From Octopus bimaculoides (Eukaryota), in contig NC_068984.1 of assembly GCF_001194135.2 (NCBI RefSeq), forward strand, positions 6,333,653-6,388,809: a stretch of 55,157 nucleotides of DNA. The letters are read 5' to 3'. The stretch's first letter is position 1, and each line of letters begins with the position of its first letter. A program made the translations under genes and the position numbers. The notes beneath the pieces were generated by a model, which saw only the letters and a program-made list of their open reading frames with translations, was not told where the DNA came from and searched no databases. Below are positions 1 to 13,580 of the stretch, piece by piece.

Positions 1-70
1 TCCAACCCATGCTAGCATGGAAAGCGGACGTTAAACGATGATGATGATGATGATGATGATCATTATTATT

Positions 71-132
<62 letters not shown>

Positions 133-133
133 C
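1..133 (+). repeat. RTE-type 3' tail followed by (GAT)n and (ATT)n microsatellites
   Basis: tccaacccatgctagcatggaaagcggacgttaaac(gat)n is the same as the tails at ~25300, ~45170 and (one mismatch) ~28385. Confidence 0.85.
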
Positions 134-136
134 ATT

Positions 137-430
137 TGTGAGGATGCATGGTCTACTAGTTAAGGTGTTGCACTCAAGATTGCAGCATCGTGGTTTCAAT
201 TCCTAGACCGGGTGGTGAATTGTGTTCTTGAGCAAAGCACTTCATCTCACGTTGCTCCACAATCACTTTGACACCTGACATGTGGTACACTATGCACCAG
301 CTCAGGAAATGTCAATTTGATGGAGAATGTGAGCTAATGTGTAACATGAATATTTGATCACTGTAAACAAATCATTTGTGCAGGTCATTTGGCAAAAGCT
401 AAACACTCATACATCATCTTTGACAGGAGA
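137..430 (+). mobile_element. tRNA-derived SINE
   Basis: A-box-like TGGTCTACTAGTT and B-box-like GGTTTCAATTCC, followed by a body (ttgtgttcttgagcaaagcacttcatctcacgttgctcca) also seen at ~13332. Confidence 0.7.
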
Positions 431-448
431 GCTCATTATTATTATTAT

Positions 449-1168
449 CATTCAGTAGTCTTATTTTTATCATATGCTTTCACTGCACTTCCAAGCGCAG
501 CTCTGTATGCCTTGGGTATGTACTGTGGTTTGCTGTGATGCTCTTATTTTTACTGTATTTAAAGTGTTTTACGCAGGATGTGTGCGGTGCCTAGTGGTGC
601 TATTTTCTGTACCTTATATATACTTGGTAGCCCTAGTGCTTTTCTCATGTATTTTTCTGAATGTTTTATCATACCTAATACACCTACTGTAACAGGAATT
701 GTTTCTGCTTTTAGACTCCACATTTGAGTTACCTCTATTTTCAGATCTTTGTAATTTGAAAGTTTCTCCATTTCTTTAAGAAAAACATTGTTATCTGTTC
801 ATACTGATACATCGATTAGAAAGCATTTTTTTTTTTCTTGGTGATCTCTAACAACTATATCCGACTTATTGACCTTAATGTGTGTATTGGCATATCCTAG
901 AGTATGGTTGCTTTCTCATTTTCTGTGACGTTTTCTGGCATGTGCCTATACCATCTTTTCTCTGTTGTTATTCCAGTGCTAACATAGCTTCCAGTGTATA
1001 TAGGTCCCAACTCTGTTGTGTCTGTGAACATATTCTTTCTTAGCCAGGACTGGGCAGCCAGAGACAATATAATTTATTGTTTCTTCTCCATTACCACATA
1101 TTCTACAGTTACTTGTATTTCTTTTCATTATGTGTTTTTGATGATATCTGGTGGGAAGGCTTTGATCT
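449..1168 (-). mobile_element. 5'-truncated R4/Dong-like non-LTR retrotransposon (CCHC zinc knuckle + restriction-like endonuclease), decayed
   Basis: Minus-strand frames give CRICGNGEETINYIVSGCPVLAKKEYVHRHNRVG (CCHC/RHN region) and KLSNYKDLKIEV...IPVTVGVLG...VQKIAPLGTAHILRKTL (RLE C-terminus). Flanked on both sides by (TTA)n. Confidence 0.88.
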
Positions 1169-2315
1169 ATTATTATTATTATTATAATTATCATTATTAT
1201 TGGACATTAGATTGACAGAAACATTATAGCACTGAAAAAATATCTTACAGCAGTCCATCTGAGTTCAAATCTTGCTGAGGCCAAATGGTTTTCATTCCTT
1301 TGGGATCAATGAAAGAAAGTTCTACTCAAGTACAAGGGTCAATGGTTTTAATTAACTCCTACTTTCACAATAACTGCACTTATGCCGAAATCAGAAACTA
1401 CAAAAGATGGCAAGTTGATAGAATCATTAGAGCACCTGACAAATGCTTAGTGGCATTTTTCCGATTTATCAAATTCTGAAATGAAATCCTACTGCAAACT
1501 AGTTTGCTTTCATAAATGAAATAAAGTACCAGTCAAGTAATGGTGTTCATAATATAGTCTAATCGTATCTCCCCCAATTTGCTGGCTTTGTACCTAAATT
1601 GAAAACAGTATTATTGTTGTTGTTGAGCAGTGAACTGGCAGAATTGTTAGAGCATTGGATAAAATGCCTTGCGATATTTATTCTTGCACGTTATGTTCTA
1701 AGTTCAAACTATAACAAGATCGAATTTGCCTTCAATCCCTCTTGGCTCAATAAAATAAGCATCAGTCAAGTGCTGGGGTCAGTTTCACCATTTTGTTACC
1801 ATATTTCTCTTGAAATATACAGTATTTTTTGTTCAGTTTCTGAAAATAATAAAGAATTTGTTAAAATAGTTTTGTTGTTATTAAGCCAGCATTTGGAAAA
1901 TAAATTAGCATGAAATTCTAAAGGAAGATTTTAATTAAGGTCATTTTATAACAGGAAGCTTGTATCATAGAACCAAGTGCAGTTTCAGGTAGGCAGGTAT
2001 CAAACGGATTAGTTAATTAACAATCTCTCCCTAAAATCACTGGCCTTCTAACTAAAATTATAAAAACATTTATTACTATTGTAATTATTATTAAGGTGGC
2101 AAGCTGGCAAATCATTAACACTTCAGATGAGATGCTTAGCGACATTTTGTCTGTCCATTATGAGTTCAAATTCTACCAAGACTGACTTTGCTTTCATCCT
2201 TTCAGAGTCGATGAAATAAGTACCAGTTGAGCACTGGGGCCGATGTAATCGACTGGCATCCAACCCACAAATTTCAGGCCTTGTGTCCAGATTAGAAAAG
2301 ATTATCGTTATTATT

Positions 2316-2596
2316 GTTTTACTTCTCAGAGCACTTGGTCTTGTTCATTCTGGCAGATTCTGTGAGAGTGGACAGTAGCCTGTTGTCAGAGGTCTTACAC
2401 GGTCTCTTTCCATACATTATAAGCTTTGATACTTAGTTGTTAATTATTGTGGGAGGCATTCAACATCCAAGTACCAATCACAAAATCCTAGCAGTCCCCC
2501 AGCAAAGCAGTTTTTCAGGCTTGTTTTGCTCTCATGTCAACTCTGATTTCTCTGATATATTTCTTGAACTTGGTTGTTAGTGCTCCAAGTTCCCCT
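2316..2596 (-). mobile_element. Short 3' fragment of an R4/Dong-like RLE retrotransposon
   Basis: Minus translation GELGALTTKFKKYIREIRVDMRAKQA*KTALLG..ARIL, the terminal RLE motif. Confidence 0.7.
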
Positions 2597-2751
2597 TATG
2601 TTCTGAGTTCAAATTCTGCTAAGGTCAGCTTTGCTTTTCATCTTTTGGGGATTGATGAAATAAGTACCAGTTGAGCACTGGAGTCAATGTAATTGACTAG
2701 GCCTATCCTACCAAACCTTCAAGCCTTGTGCCTATAGAAGAAATTATTATT

Positions 2752-2780
2752 ATTACTACTACTATTGCTGCTGCTGCTAT

Positions 2781-2853
<73 letters not shown>
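2752..2853 (+). repeat. Compound (ATT)/(ACT)/(GCT)/(ACT)n microsatellite
   Basis: Direct reading; it explains the poly-Thr ORF 2728-3042. Confidence 0.95.
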
Positions 2854-2854
<1 letters not shown>

Positions 2855-5068
2855 TCATTGGCAAGCTGGAAAAATTGTTTGCCCATCAGAAAAAATGGTT
2901 AGCAACATTTCTTTACGCTTTTCGTGTTCTGAGTTCAAATCCTGTTCAGGTTGACTTTGCCTTTCATCCATACAAATTCAATAAAATGAAGTACCACACA
3001 AGTACTGGAGTCAATGTAATCAACCAATCTGCCAAAATTTGAAACCATTATTATTATTACAAGAGAGTAGCATAATCAGTACAATGATGAAAAAATGACC
3101 AGTAATATTCAGTGATGACCCTTTCTTTTTTAAAAAACCTTCCAAGGTAGCCTTAGTTTCTCATCCTTTTAGGGTTTATAAGATAAGTACCAGTAAAGTG
3201 TTTGTGACAAAACTAATGATACAGCTTCCATCAAAATTTGTGGCTATCTGCTATTGTTTTACTGGTTTCTGTCCCTGATTTACGGCTATGCTTGCACACC
3301 AACTTCAAGGAATTTAATAGATCACATCAACCCAATACTCTGATAGATAGTATATCAATCATTGAAAAAAATATTTAAATTGTAAAGTTTAAGGTATTAC
3401 ATAAAAGGAGTATATTTGGCACACCAGTGAAAAAAATTACACACATAACATGTATCTGCATAGATTCCATCTACCAAATTCTACTCCCAACTTGTCTATA
3501 TTAGAAATCATTGTCAATACCATCTCTAACTTGTTCTTGTCCAACTTTATATTTACTCTTACTATAAAATAGTTTGCATTATACTTCTTTCTTTAATTTT
3601 CAACAATTTTCCATCTTGTATTTCATCTTAACATAGTTGAACTATTCCACAAATTCAGATATTTGTGTAAATTGCTGAAGAAGGTATTTTAGATCATTTC
3701 CTATCACCAAATATTTGATTTCTGAAAAAAGATTGGACTGATCTTTCAGCTAGATATTGAAAGAAGTTGAAGTTAGACATGAATATAACATCAGTCAATA
3801 CAGCACTTTAACATCACATCTTCAACAACTTATAACTTTGTAATGAAGAAACCAGTTGTTATTCAAAACAGTTATTACAGACATGACTATATATATACAT
3901 TATAATATATATATATATAAATTCTTTCAGAAACATGAAATGAAGTAAATGGTTAAATACAAAATAAATGTTTGAATACTGATAATCAATGCTATCTATC
4001 AATAAGTGATTAAGTAGATATATTGAGTTTCTAGGAGAAAGAAAAAGTGAGTGCTGTGATATTTATACATTTTCCAGAATAAAGAACTTAAATATTCATA
4101 ACTGGCAACTGAAACAGGGTCATACAATCAACCTTCTAAAAGCTAAGTTTCTTCTGTATGGCATTCATCTGGGTGTCAGACGGCTGATCCTATAATCACT
4201 GTTCTTGAATTCTTGTGAATGGTTAGATCTCAACACAACACAATTGTTTTAAATCTTTTGTTTTCAACCCTACTGCACATAAGAATATCACAAGATGTTT
4301 ACTAACTTCTAGAGGGCCACTGTTAAGATAGTATCCCGTTTATATTGGATACTGAAAAAAAGAGTAACTTCTTGAATAAAATATCATACATCATATATAT
4401 CATATTTTTATCAACACTTGCACAAACAAATATAATTGTCCATTTTTCACAATGAAGTCATTCTTGTGTGATTCAAACAAAATCCCAGGGCAAACAAACC
4501 AGTCTAATGTGAATTTTGTACAGAATTTAAATGCAAACTCTCCTAACTTCATATAGCTGTGTAGTATAAAACTTGGCAAGTTTCTTCTTCATAGTTTCTG
4601 TTGACCAATTCCTTGGAATTTATGAACCTTAAACATTTAGATATACCAAAAACAACATAATTTATATGTACAAATATTAAAATATATATCTGCATGAGAA
4701 CCCTTTCATTGAGATATTAAAGTTTCATATGTTATATACACAATCATCAAAGAAGAAAGACGTCGCTTACTGGTACATATTTAATTCACAGTGATTTTTC
4801 TGAAATAAATATAAAAGTTAAAAAAAGAGCAATATATGCATACTCATAGCATCCTAATAAAGCAGAACATGTTTAATGTTAATTAATTATATTTAGTCTC
4901 CAGCAGGATATTGTGAGCTTACATATTACACTTATTTTGGTCATTCTACTTGTTTTGTTGCATTATCTCTTATGAACAATATCACATAATACTGTACTAA
5001 TCTAAATTAGATCTGTACAGCTATAACAAATGTTTTCCACCAATGGGGATTGGAGGATTGTGCATTTA

Positions 5069-5595
5069 CAAGGTGGTATCAAAACGTCCTGGACTAGTTC
5101 TGTAGCATGCCAACAGATGGCAACACAGAGTTGCATGTGCAGTGAGAGCTAGCACTGACCTTCATGAGGCAGTGTGACAAGTGACATAGCTGTGTTTACT
5201 TCACAAATTGTGAAATTTGTGTTTTTGCAATCATGTGTATGCTGTAGTCCATGATTTTGTTATGAACAGGAAGTTGGAACAAAGAGCCAATGAGGCAATG
5301 TTTCAAGTGGCAAGGATGCTTCAAAAGTGGAAGAATGTCCCTGGAAGTCAATGAATGATCTGGAAGATCTGTCATGAGTGTCACCCTCAGAAATATGGAG
5401 AAAATTCATCAGCTTGTGCATTAGGATTGTTAGAGGACAATCAACAACACTGATGATGTTGCTGGTTTGTTATGTCAGCCGGTGCAGGCAATCCTAATGT
5501 CTGAATTGAATATGCAACTTATCTCTGCTTAGTTTGTCGTCTGCCTGTTGACCACTGAGTTGAAAGAACATCATGTTAAAGTCTGTCAAGATCTC
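5069..5595 (+). mobile_element. Mariner transposon 5' fragment (TIR + N-terminal HTH region), pseudogenised
   Basis: TA then CAAGGTGGTATCAAAACGTCCTGGACT. ATG at 5262 gives MNRKLEQRAN; a later frame gives KWQGCFKSGRMSLEVNE*SGRS...MEKIHQLVH...AILMSELNMQLISA*FV..LLTTELKEHHVKVCQDL, typical of a mariner N-terminus. Confidence 0.8.
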
Positions 5596-8500
5596 TGTCA
5601 ACTTCCATTACCACCCTCAGGTAAACATCAGCAAGCATTTCTTGTGTAGTGGGATGTAAACAAATCTCTAAAAATTTCAGATCAAAGATTTGAATCATCA
5701 AAATATTTAATTTCTTTTATATAATTTGGTTTTGAGGAAGATGTGTCCATGACTGGTGAGACGTATAACATTTATGTTCTGCCTAAACTGTTGTTGGCTG
5801 ATATTTGCAGGGTCATGTACAATGAGGGAGTTTCAGGACAAAAGAGTATGTATAGTGGTCAGAATTGGGTCTGGGGAGGACATAATTTGGGTGATGAGAA
5901 GAGGAGAAGCTAGTGAGTTAGGAGAGCTTGTGACGAAAAACACAAGCAACTCCAAGGAGCAAGGCCTTTTGTTGTAATGGTAGAAAAGACATAGGAGACT
6001 GTAAAGCTTAGAGTGTGTTTCTGAGAAACATCATGCCAACCACTTTAATGGCTTCAAGCAGTCTAGGATGTTTGTGTGTAGTACCATTACCCTCCCAGAT
6101 CTCAAACTCCACTGTGGATCTTTACCAGAGCTTAATGGAAGGCTAGTAATTGAAGGGTTCTAAAGAATGTTCAGGTTATGAAGAGAAAAGTTAGTGTTTG
6201 ATACATTAAGGATGTGCATTTGTTGAAAGAAATCCTCAATTATAATGAAGTCTAGCATTTAGAGCTATTGTAATGTAGTTACTCATCGCCAATTATTGTA
6301 GTATCACCACTATTTAAGACAATATTTGTTTACACTATAACTATGTAGTAACAATAAAATATAGAACAAAGCAAGGTAACAACAACATAAAAATCCAACA
6401 AACTCTCCACGAACTATACACAAACCAACAAACGATATTCCACAAACTACCAAAATGACACCTTATCACTTCCTGTGATTAACACCTACTCTCTCTCTCA
6501 CTCACTCAGACTGTTACTATTTATAGTCATTTGGTCAAGTCCATTCTTGCAGGGGGTGTTGTGACTCTTGCCACAACAGAAGCTAATTATTTGAATTTAA
6601 CTGAAGCTGTTTAATTCAACTTGAAGCTATACAACTGAAACGAGGGTGCTAGTAGTGTGTTGCTTGTGTTTAAGGAGAATGAGGTGTGATAATGTTTTCT
6701 TGATATGTGAAGTGACAGATTTTTCTTTTTTTTCCTCTTGATAGCAATAAGATTGGCACAGCTCCACTGGAGGATATTTTTAAGATCTCTGTTTCTGAAG
6801 TCAGTACAGATTTGTTATGAAGTGTGTAGGTTGCATGTGGATTACACTTGGCTGTGGAAGGTGAGACAAGAATGAAGGCTGCTATTTTCTGTGTTGGAGT
6901 GGGTGTTGTTAGAGGTGACAGCAAGTATCGCAAAAAGTACCTTACATTTGAAAAATAGCTCTCTGGTATGCCTCAAAACCCAATGAATTATCAAATATCT
7001 TTTTGACAAGATTAAGAGCTTTAGACACTTATTGTGACTTTGACAAGTGTAGTACAGAATTTTCAGTAGTTGATCAATTTATTTAGAAAACAGACAAAAC
7101 AATCTATGGCCGTCAGAGCTAATAAATTAAGTTACTCAAAACTCCACAAGCACTTGAATTGGCATCTGATCACGTGTAGATGCTTGAAAAATGTGTAAAG
7201 GAATATGAAGAACAATGGAAGTTGGTGGAAATCAATCTGGCGAAGTAGATATATAAAAATTAAGTTTTCTTGTTTGCGACTCAACAATATAGCTTTTGCA
7301 ATCTTTCATGATCAGCAAAACAAAAAGAACGTAATAACTGCTACAAGAGTGAATATCTTGCATTGAGTTGCATATAATTAAAAAAAAAGTAGAAGAAAAA
7401 TATTTCACATCAATTTACCAGCAAGTGAAATATCAACGCGATACAGTTAAGAACAATTTTATGAATCTTGCTTGATATCATGACAATAGTGATAGCATAC
7501 ATTTATTGATTATAGAAGGATATCATTGATACAAATGTTTTCAAACTTACAAGAAACTATCCATCATCACAAAATGCATAGTTGTTCTGAATAAAAGAAA
7601 ATATTCACAGCTCAAATGCTTTAATGAATCTTTTGATATGTCTAGGGTTTAAAAAAAAATATGAGTGATAATCTGTGAAACTACAGACATTAGATTTCAA
7701 TAACAAGATAACATCCCCTACTTTTCAAGATTTTTTTCTAGTTGCAATTGCAAAGACAACTAGCAAAATTCACTTATATGTTAACATGCAGCAAACAAGC
7801 AAACAAAGCAACTGCTTTCAGATTTTATCGACTAAGTCCAACAAATTTGCTGGAATCATTACTCTTATCAATCATTTGGCAAATCAAATAACATCTAATG
7901 AACTCTTGTAAGCACTGTTTAGATATTGTACTTTGCAAACTCAACATCACCATCAGTGTTTTCTACTTTTCGTAGATTAGATGTTTCTCTGAAGCATTTC
8001 TTTTTTTACGGTAACATGCCCTTCTTATTGTTAATCCTTTGAAATGTCTCTAAAGGCATGCAAGAACATGCTGTTAGAATGAAAGCAGACCATAACTTAC
8101 AATATAATTTAATTGCATAGCTGTTTATACATCAAGTTATTAAGTTAGAAGTAAAATTTTATAATGAAGTAACCCTTGTTGGTGCAGGTCACCGTTACTT
8201 TCAAGTTCTTAGGATTGTATTTAATATAATGGGAAGGTTAAATTTGAAAGTCTTTAATATTTACACAGGAGATATTTGAGTATAAAAGAAGAAAAATAAT
8301 TATTAAAGATGAATAATTTTTTATAATTTTGTAGCTACAAATTCAGCAATGAATAAAAAAAAAATAACAATTGATATCTGCAGCTCATGTCTATCAATGC
8401 AATTATAAAAGCCTTTAGAATTCATTAACAAAACATACAAAAAGACAAGAATATTGATTTATAAAGACACCTTTCGAGAAATTAGTCTTTAGCCTCATTT

Positions 8501-11500
8501 ACCAATGAAGTATTGACCAACAATTTATATACTGAAAGGATTTAGCATGAATCAAAATTATAAGTTGTCTTGATTTTCTAAACATTGTTATAAACACAGA
8601 AGTCCCAGCAAAATATTTAATGAGTTTTGTAGTTTTGTAGTTAATGTTATGTTCAATATAGAAAATAAAATTAGTGTCATACTAAGACAAACGCTGAGAT
8701 AGGAAGATTTTAGAAAACTTTAAAAAATGATTTCAAACTTCTCAGTCTTTAATGGGAATATATCTCCATATGCTTACAAATGTATCAAGATACAAATTAA
8801 GTACCATTTAACAATATAGAAAAGACTGAGAATGATATCAACAGCATTGGAGTAATAAAAATAATTACTTATAACGAATGAAGAAGTGAAAGACTACAAA
8901 CTTATGCTCTTATCTAGTAAGAAGTAATGATGAAATGATGTCTATCAGAAGAACACCTAAAGAAGTACAACCTAAAACAATTAATTTCAAATAGAACATT
9001 GCTTTAATAACTCACCTCTGTTTCTTAATGTCAGTATATGACAACAGTATATGTCAATGCCAGTATATAACATGTTAAGAAATTTGAGGTCTCTATAGCA
9101 TTAAAACATATAATGTTATCCTTTCTGATAGCATAGTACAAGTGTTTTCTGTTGCTCAAAGTATGCAACTTCATGATTATTCAAAGTAGACACTGTCTTA
9201 CAATACTAAATTCATGACAAATGAGATTCATAGCTGAGAGACAAAATATAGCTCAGCTTGCAAGATAGCCATTCATAGAATCAGGAAAATTTAGAGTAGT
9301 CATGTATATAACTACAGGCCTTGTTTGAACAAAACTGATTGGGTCAGCTGAATGGCAGCAATGATAATAGATGACATTAAAACTCGATTCCCATATTTCA
9401 CTTTATTTCATTTTTCTCACTAGAGATAACTTCATTCATAAAAATATTTGAAAACAAACAGTTGTTACAATCAAGCAACAGAATCATTAGAGCAGTGTGT
9501 CCTTTTTTTTATTTAATTTAGTAGGGTGTGATTTGAGTAAGATTTGGCAATATTTTCTGGTAGGTTGACTCTATAGAGGTTCCTTCTTTAGCTCATTTTC
9601 AGCTCAGTTTTCTTTTATGCTATGGAATCACTATTCAATTTTATTGAAAGTTTTTTATGTTAGTAAAGCATGGTTAATTCTCCAGCTTTACATTCATATA
9701 TCTTGTTTTATGGTAGAAAGTCCAACCCATGCCAGCATGTAAAACAGATGCTAAATGGCGATGATGATGATGATAGTGTTTAGCACGATGTTAGCTCTGA
9801 TCAAACAGATTTATAATTAAACATTTCAGTCTTGACTGTTCCATCTTTCTCTTCCAGATGCTGTGTATCTAGGATAACATTTTCTATTGAAGTTTAAACA
9901 TTTTTTAAGATATTGGAGGAAGGATTGAGAGATTTGGTTGCTATTTCTAGTAGATCAAGCAACCACACTGAGTTCTCTCAATAGTTCTGAAATAGGATCA
10001 ATCTCCCAAAGTAGGACTAGTCATGATGGATTTGATGTGCTGGTTGAAATGATGAAAGGAAGAGTAACAAGTGTTATATTTTCTGAATCAGTTGGAGAAA
10101 AGGAAATACCCTTGACCTTTCCACCACTACCATGACTAATGGGAAGTAATATTGTCCTCAGACCAGAGACCTGGCCTAAATTCTTGCAACGGAATGGACT
10201 AAAGGTGTCCAAGGGCTGGGTAGTGATGATAAACTGGGCAATGGGTTAAGCCTTTCATCCAGAAATGGGATGACCCAAAAGGATGGAGGTATATATAGTC
10301 AGTTCAAGAGAGCAGAGATCATTATAGTAAGGAGGGAAGAGTCAAGGAGAAGAAACACCACATTTGTGAGGCAGTAATTATTTGTGTGTTTGTGAATGAA
10401 TGCAATTGGTTGACTGAATTTTTGGATGTAGTCTAGAATGTTTCTGTGTGTACTAATTATATGAGTAGTTCTCCATTGTGGAACTTTGCAGAGGGTTAGC
10501 AATTATTTGTATTTCTATTATCAGGTTATGATTATCAATAAAGATCTTTTCACCTCATCTAAATGTGCCTAAATAAAAAAAACTGAATATCACAACTTTT
10601 ATTTTCCCTTCTATAAATATCAAACTAAAGTCTTTTGTAAAGAAAACCTTATTTCCAGAGGAAACCCTAAACCAAAGGGGACTTCTTCTGAATGAAGAAC
10701 AGAATAGCTGAAAAGAATGTCTACACAAACCTGACACCACTATCATAACTGAATTTGTAAAACTTGTAAATTTTTACATTTTTAGCTTTATAGCAGGATG
10801 ATATTATGTTTAATGGAGCAGTTTTTTTTTATTAAAAATAGATATTATACCACACATACATTACAGATGGTTGCATAGTAGCAGGGATACATAATAGACA
10901 GAAGATCATTAGTGAAATATATAGCCTTTATAGTTATTTACACACAGAAAAAACCCCACTCACTCTTTCTCTCTTCAAGTGGTATGCTTAAGAGATTAGA
11001 AGGCAGACTAATATAAAGAATATTAAAATAATGCCAAATCAACCACAATGCTATTAAAATGAAATTTAAACAGATGAAAGACACATGTAAAATTCCTCCA
11101 AACTGGCATCAAAGAAGGTACTGAGACACTGGTAAGCCAGAGTAAATTTAAAATAACATTATAATCAGATTGAAATAAACATGAGAAAGACAAACTGTTA
11201 AGCAGAAAAAAACTTTTTTAGAATGAAAAAACAAATCAGATACAAAACCAATGATGCTAATGAGAGCAATGAATATTATATTAGAAGAATTTTTTTTTCT
11301 GCACTATTAACCTCTTCTTTTGTATTTATTTTTGGGTTTCAATTAGGTGATTCTCTTATCAACTTCAAGTATCATAAAAACATTTGGTCATCATCTACTT
11401 TGAGAAAACTAAGTTAGAAAAACATTTATCATAGGTTGGCAGAAAGAAAATGAACAAATGAATAATGTATAAGCTTCTAGCTTCATAGATCTTAGATTTA

Positions 11501-11678
11501 ATACAGCTACTGAGGTTTTATATCTCTTAGAAGAAAAAGAAATCCATATGACCCATTGCACGGATATACAGCCAGAAGAGGTACCATTTCATTTGGTATA
11601 TTGCTCAGGATACTCTGAATTTGTTGTCCTGTATTAAGAAAGAGGTTGTTTCCCATTTACATAACATTGTAAAATAAT

Positions 11679-11804
11679 CCTTTCTATTACAGGCACAAGG
11701 CCTGATTATTGAGGGAAGGAATAAGCCAATTACATCTTATTTCATTGACTCTCAAAGGATGAAAAAGTGAAGTTGGCTTTGATGGAATTTGAACTCAGAA
11801 CATA
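11679..11804 (-). mobile_element. 5'-truncated SINE family A copy with 18-bp target site duplication
   Basis: ATAACATTGTAAAATAAT occurs at 11661-11678 and 11805-11822, flanking the reverse-complement SINE core. Confidence 0.8.
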
Positions 11805-12320
11805 ATAACATTGTAAAATAATGTACAAAGAAAGCAGTTTATATGTGCTCAATTAATCTGCTAGAAATAACAGCCACATCTCCATGAACTAAGACACTAA
11901 AATATTAAAAGAAAAAAAGGACACATCAGTTAATGTATTTTGAGATATATTATACCTGGAAAAAAAAAATGATAGAATAATCACAACTGGAATGCCTTTG
12001 ATCAAAAGTTCATGAGATCAGAAGTCTGGGTTACACCAGCAACTCTTAAGTAAGACCTAAACAGTAACACTTATTAAGTAGTTGCTTCTTCAGCACATAA
12101 AACATTAACAAAGATTATATCCACAGATATGTCTGTATCTATTTTACTAAATATCTTTATTAGCAAAACATTCACACACACAATACAAATTTAAGACCTT
12201 ATGTACTAGCTATGGTCAAACAGATTAGTTAGTGGCACATGAATATCATGAATATCTGGCACATAGTATGTGTGGGAAAATGTGAGAAGGTTACTTAAAT
12301 TTAGTTCTTAACATTTAGAT

Positions 12321-12400
12321 CAGCAGTTCCCAAACTTTTTTGGGCCACTGCCCCACTCATGGCCACATAATACTCTCAGCGCACCCCTCTCTTTATGTAT
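12321..12400 (+). mobile_element. hAT (Charlie-like) left terminus only
   Basis: CAGCAGTTCCCAAACTTTTTTGGGCC preceded by an 8-mer with central TAGA (atttagat). No matching right end found; a gap lies ~450 bp downstream. Confidence 0.5.
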
Positions 12401-12652
12401 AAATAGATATTTTATATTTTACTAATTTATATATACTATGAATCATTTGATATTTAATATAATATTATATAATTTGTATACAATACTACAATAATATTAT
12501 AATAAATTCATAGTGTTCCCCAATCCACTGCCTTCCCCCCAACACCTCCTTTTTTTCTACTGCCCCACACTTATCACAACCCACACCAATTCCATTTGAA
12601 GATACAAAATTAAATGTAAATGGACACATATATCAATATAATTTAAATAAAT

Positions 12653-12695
<43 letters not shown>

Positions 12696-12785
12696 TCCTT
12701 ATTCTCTTTTTCTGTTTATTTTCTCTTATTTCTTTCTGTTGAAGAGCAGAGGCTTGAAATGTAAAAGAATTTTTCATTTTCCAGA

Positions 12786-12947
12786 NNNNNNNNNNNNNNN
12801 NNNNNNNNNNNNNNNNNNNNNNNNNNNNNNNNNNNNNNNNNNNNNNNNNNNNNNNNNNNNNNNNNNNNNNNNNNNNNNNNNNNNNNNNNNNNNNNNNNNN
12901 NNNNNNNNNNNNNNNNNNNNNNNNNNNNNNNNNNNNNNNNNNNNNNN
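12786..12947. other. Assembly gap (others: 15005-15405, 29502-29656, 32883-32892, 47572-47581, 51524-51533)
   Basis: Runs of N, mostly flanked by (TA)n, (ATT)n or homopolymers. Confidence 0.99.
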
Positions 12948-13033
12948 ATATATATATATATATATATATACATACATACATACATACATACATACATACA
13001 CACACATATACCAGTACTTGTAGTTATTTGTTG

Positions 13034-13331
13034 TACTTGAGAAGATACATCAAGCTAAGTAAAATTGTGGCCATTCATACATACAGGCATGTTCTTCTCA
13101 GGTGCTGGTGCCACATAAAATGCACTTGTGTTGGTGCTATGTAAATGCACCTGTGCTAATGGCACATAAAAAGCACCCAGCACACTCAGAAAAGTAGATG
13201 ATATTAGGAAGGGCAGCCAGCCATAGACGTCATGCCAAGACAGACAATTGGAGTCCGGACCAGCTCGCCGGCTGGCTAATTCCTGTCAAACTGTCCAACT
13301 CATGCCAGCATGGAAAACAGACATTAAACAT
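13034..13331 (+). mobile_element. RTE-type 3' UTR/tail fragment
   Basis: Ends in gtcaaactgtccaactcatgccagcatggaaaacagacattaaac; a similar fragment lies at ~13820-14010. Confidence 0.7.
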
Positions 13332-13580
13332 GTTGTGTTCTTGAGCAAGACACTTTATTTCTCGTTGCTCCAGTTAACTCAGCTGCGACATCACTGGTGC
13401 CAAGCTGTATCGGCCCTTTTGACTTTCCCCTTGGATAACATCAGTGGGGTGGAGAGGAGAGGCTGGTATTCATGGGTGAATGCTGGTCTTCCATAAACAA
13501 CCTTGCCCAGACTTGTGTCTCGGAGGGTAACTTTCTAGGTGCAATCCTATGGTCATTCATGACCGAAGGGGGTCTCCTGC
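13332..13580 (+). mobile_element. SINE body (5'-truncated)
   Basis: Begins with the ttgtgttcttgagcaagacactt...gttgctcca segment shared with 137-430; GC-richer than its flanks. Confidence 0.55.

Larger units (their letters stand above)
1225..3245 (+). mobile_element. Cluster of about 7 same-orientation copies of one tRNA-derived SINE family (family A), separated by (TTA)n/(ACT)n tracts
   Basis: Recurrent core gagttcaaat...gactttgcctttcatcc...aaataagtaccag near 1260, 1470, 1700, 2160, 2600, 2930 and a partial copy at ~3150. Confidence 0.85.

Noticed and set aside
2728-3042. Poly-Thr ORF and the many HTHT/CVCV/YIYI ORFs elsewhere
   Set aside because: Translations of microsatellites and SINEs.
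6269-6578. Possible solo LTR (TG...CA) with a small terminal hairpin
   Set aside because: No matching target site duplication and no second copy, PBS or PPT identified.
9930-10500. GC-richer stretch that might be a LINE or Penelope coding fragment (likewise 5750-6200 and 39000-39370)
   Set aside because: No frame gave a recognisable motif by eye; needs BLASTX.
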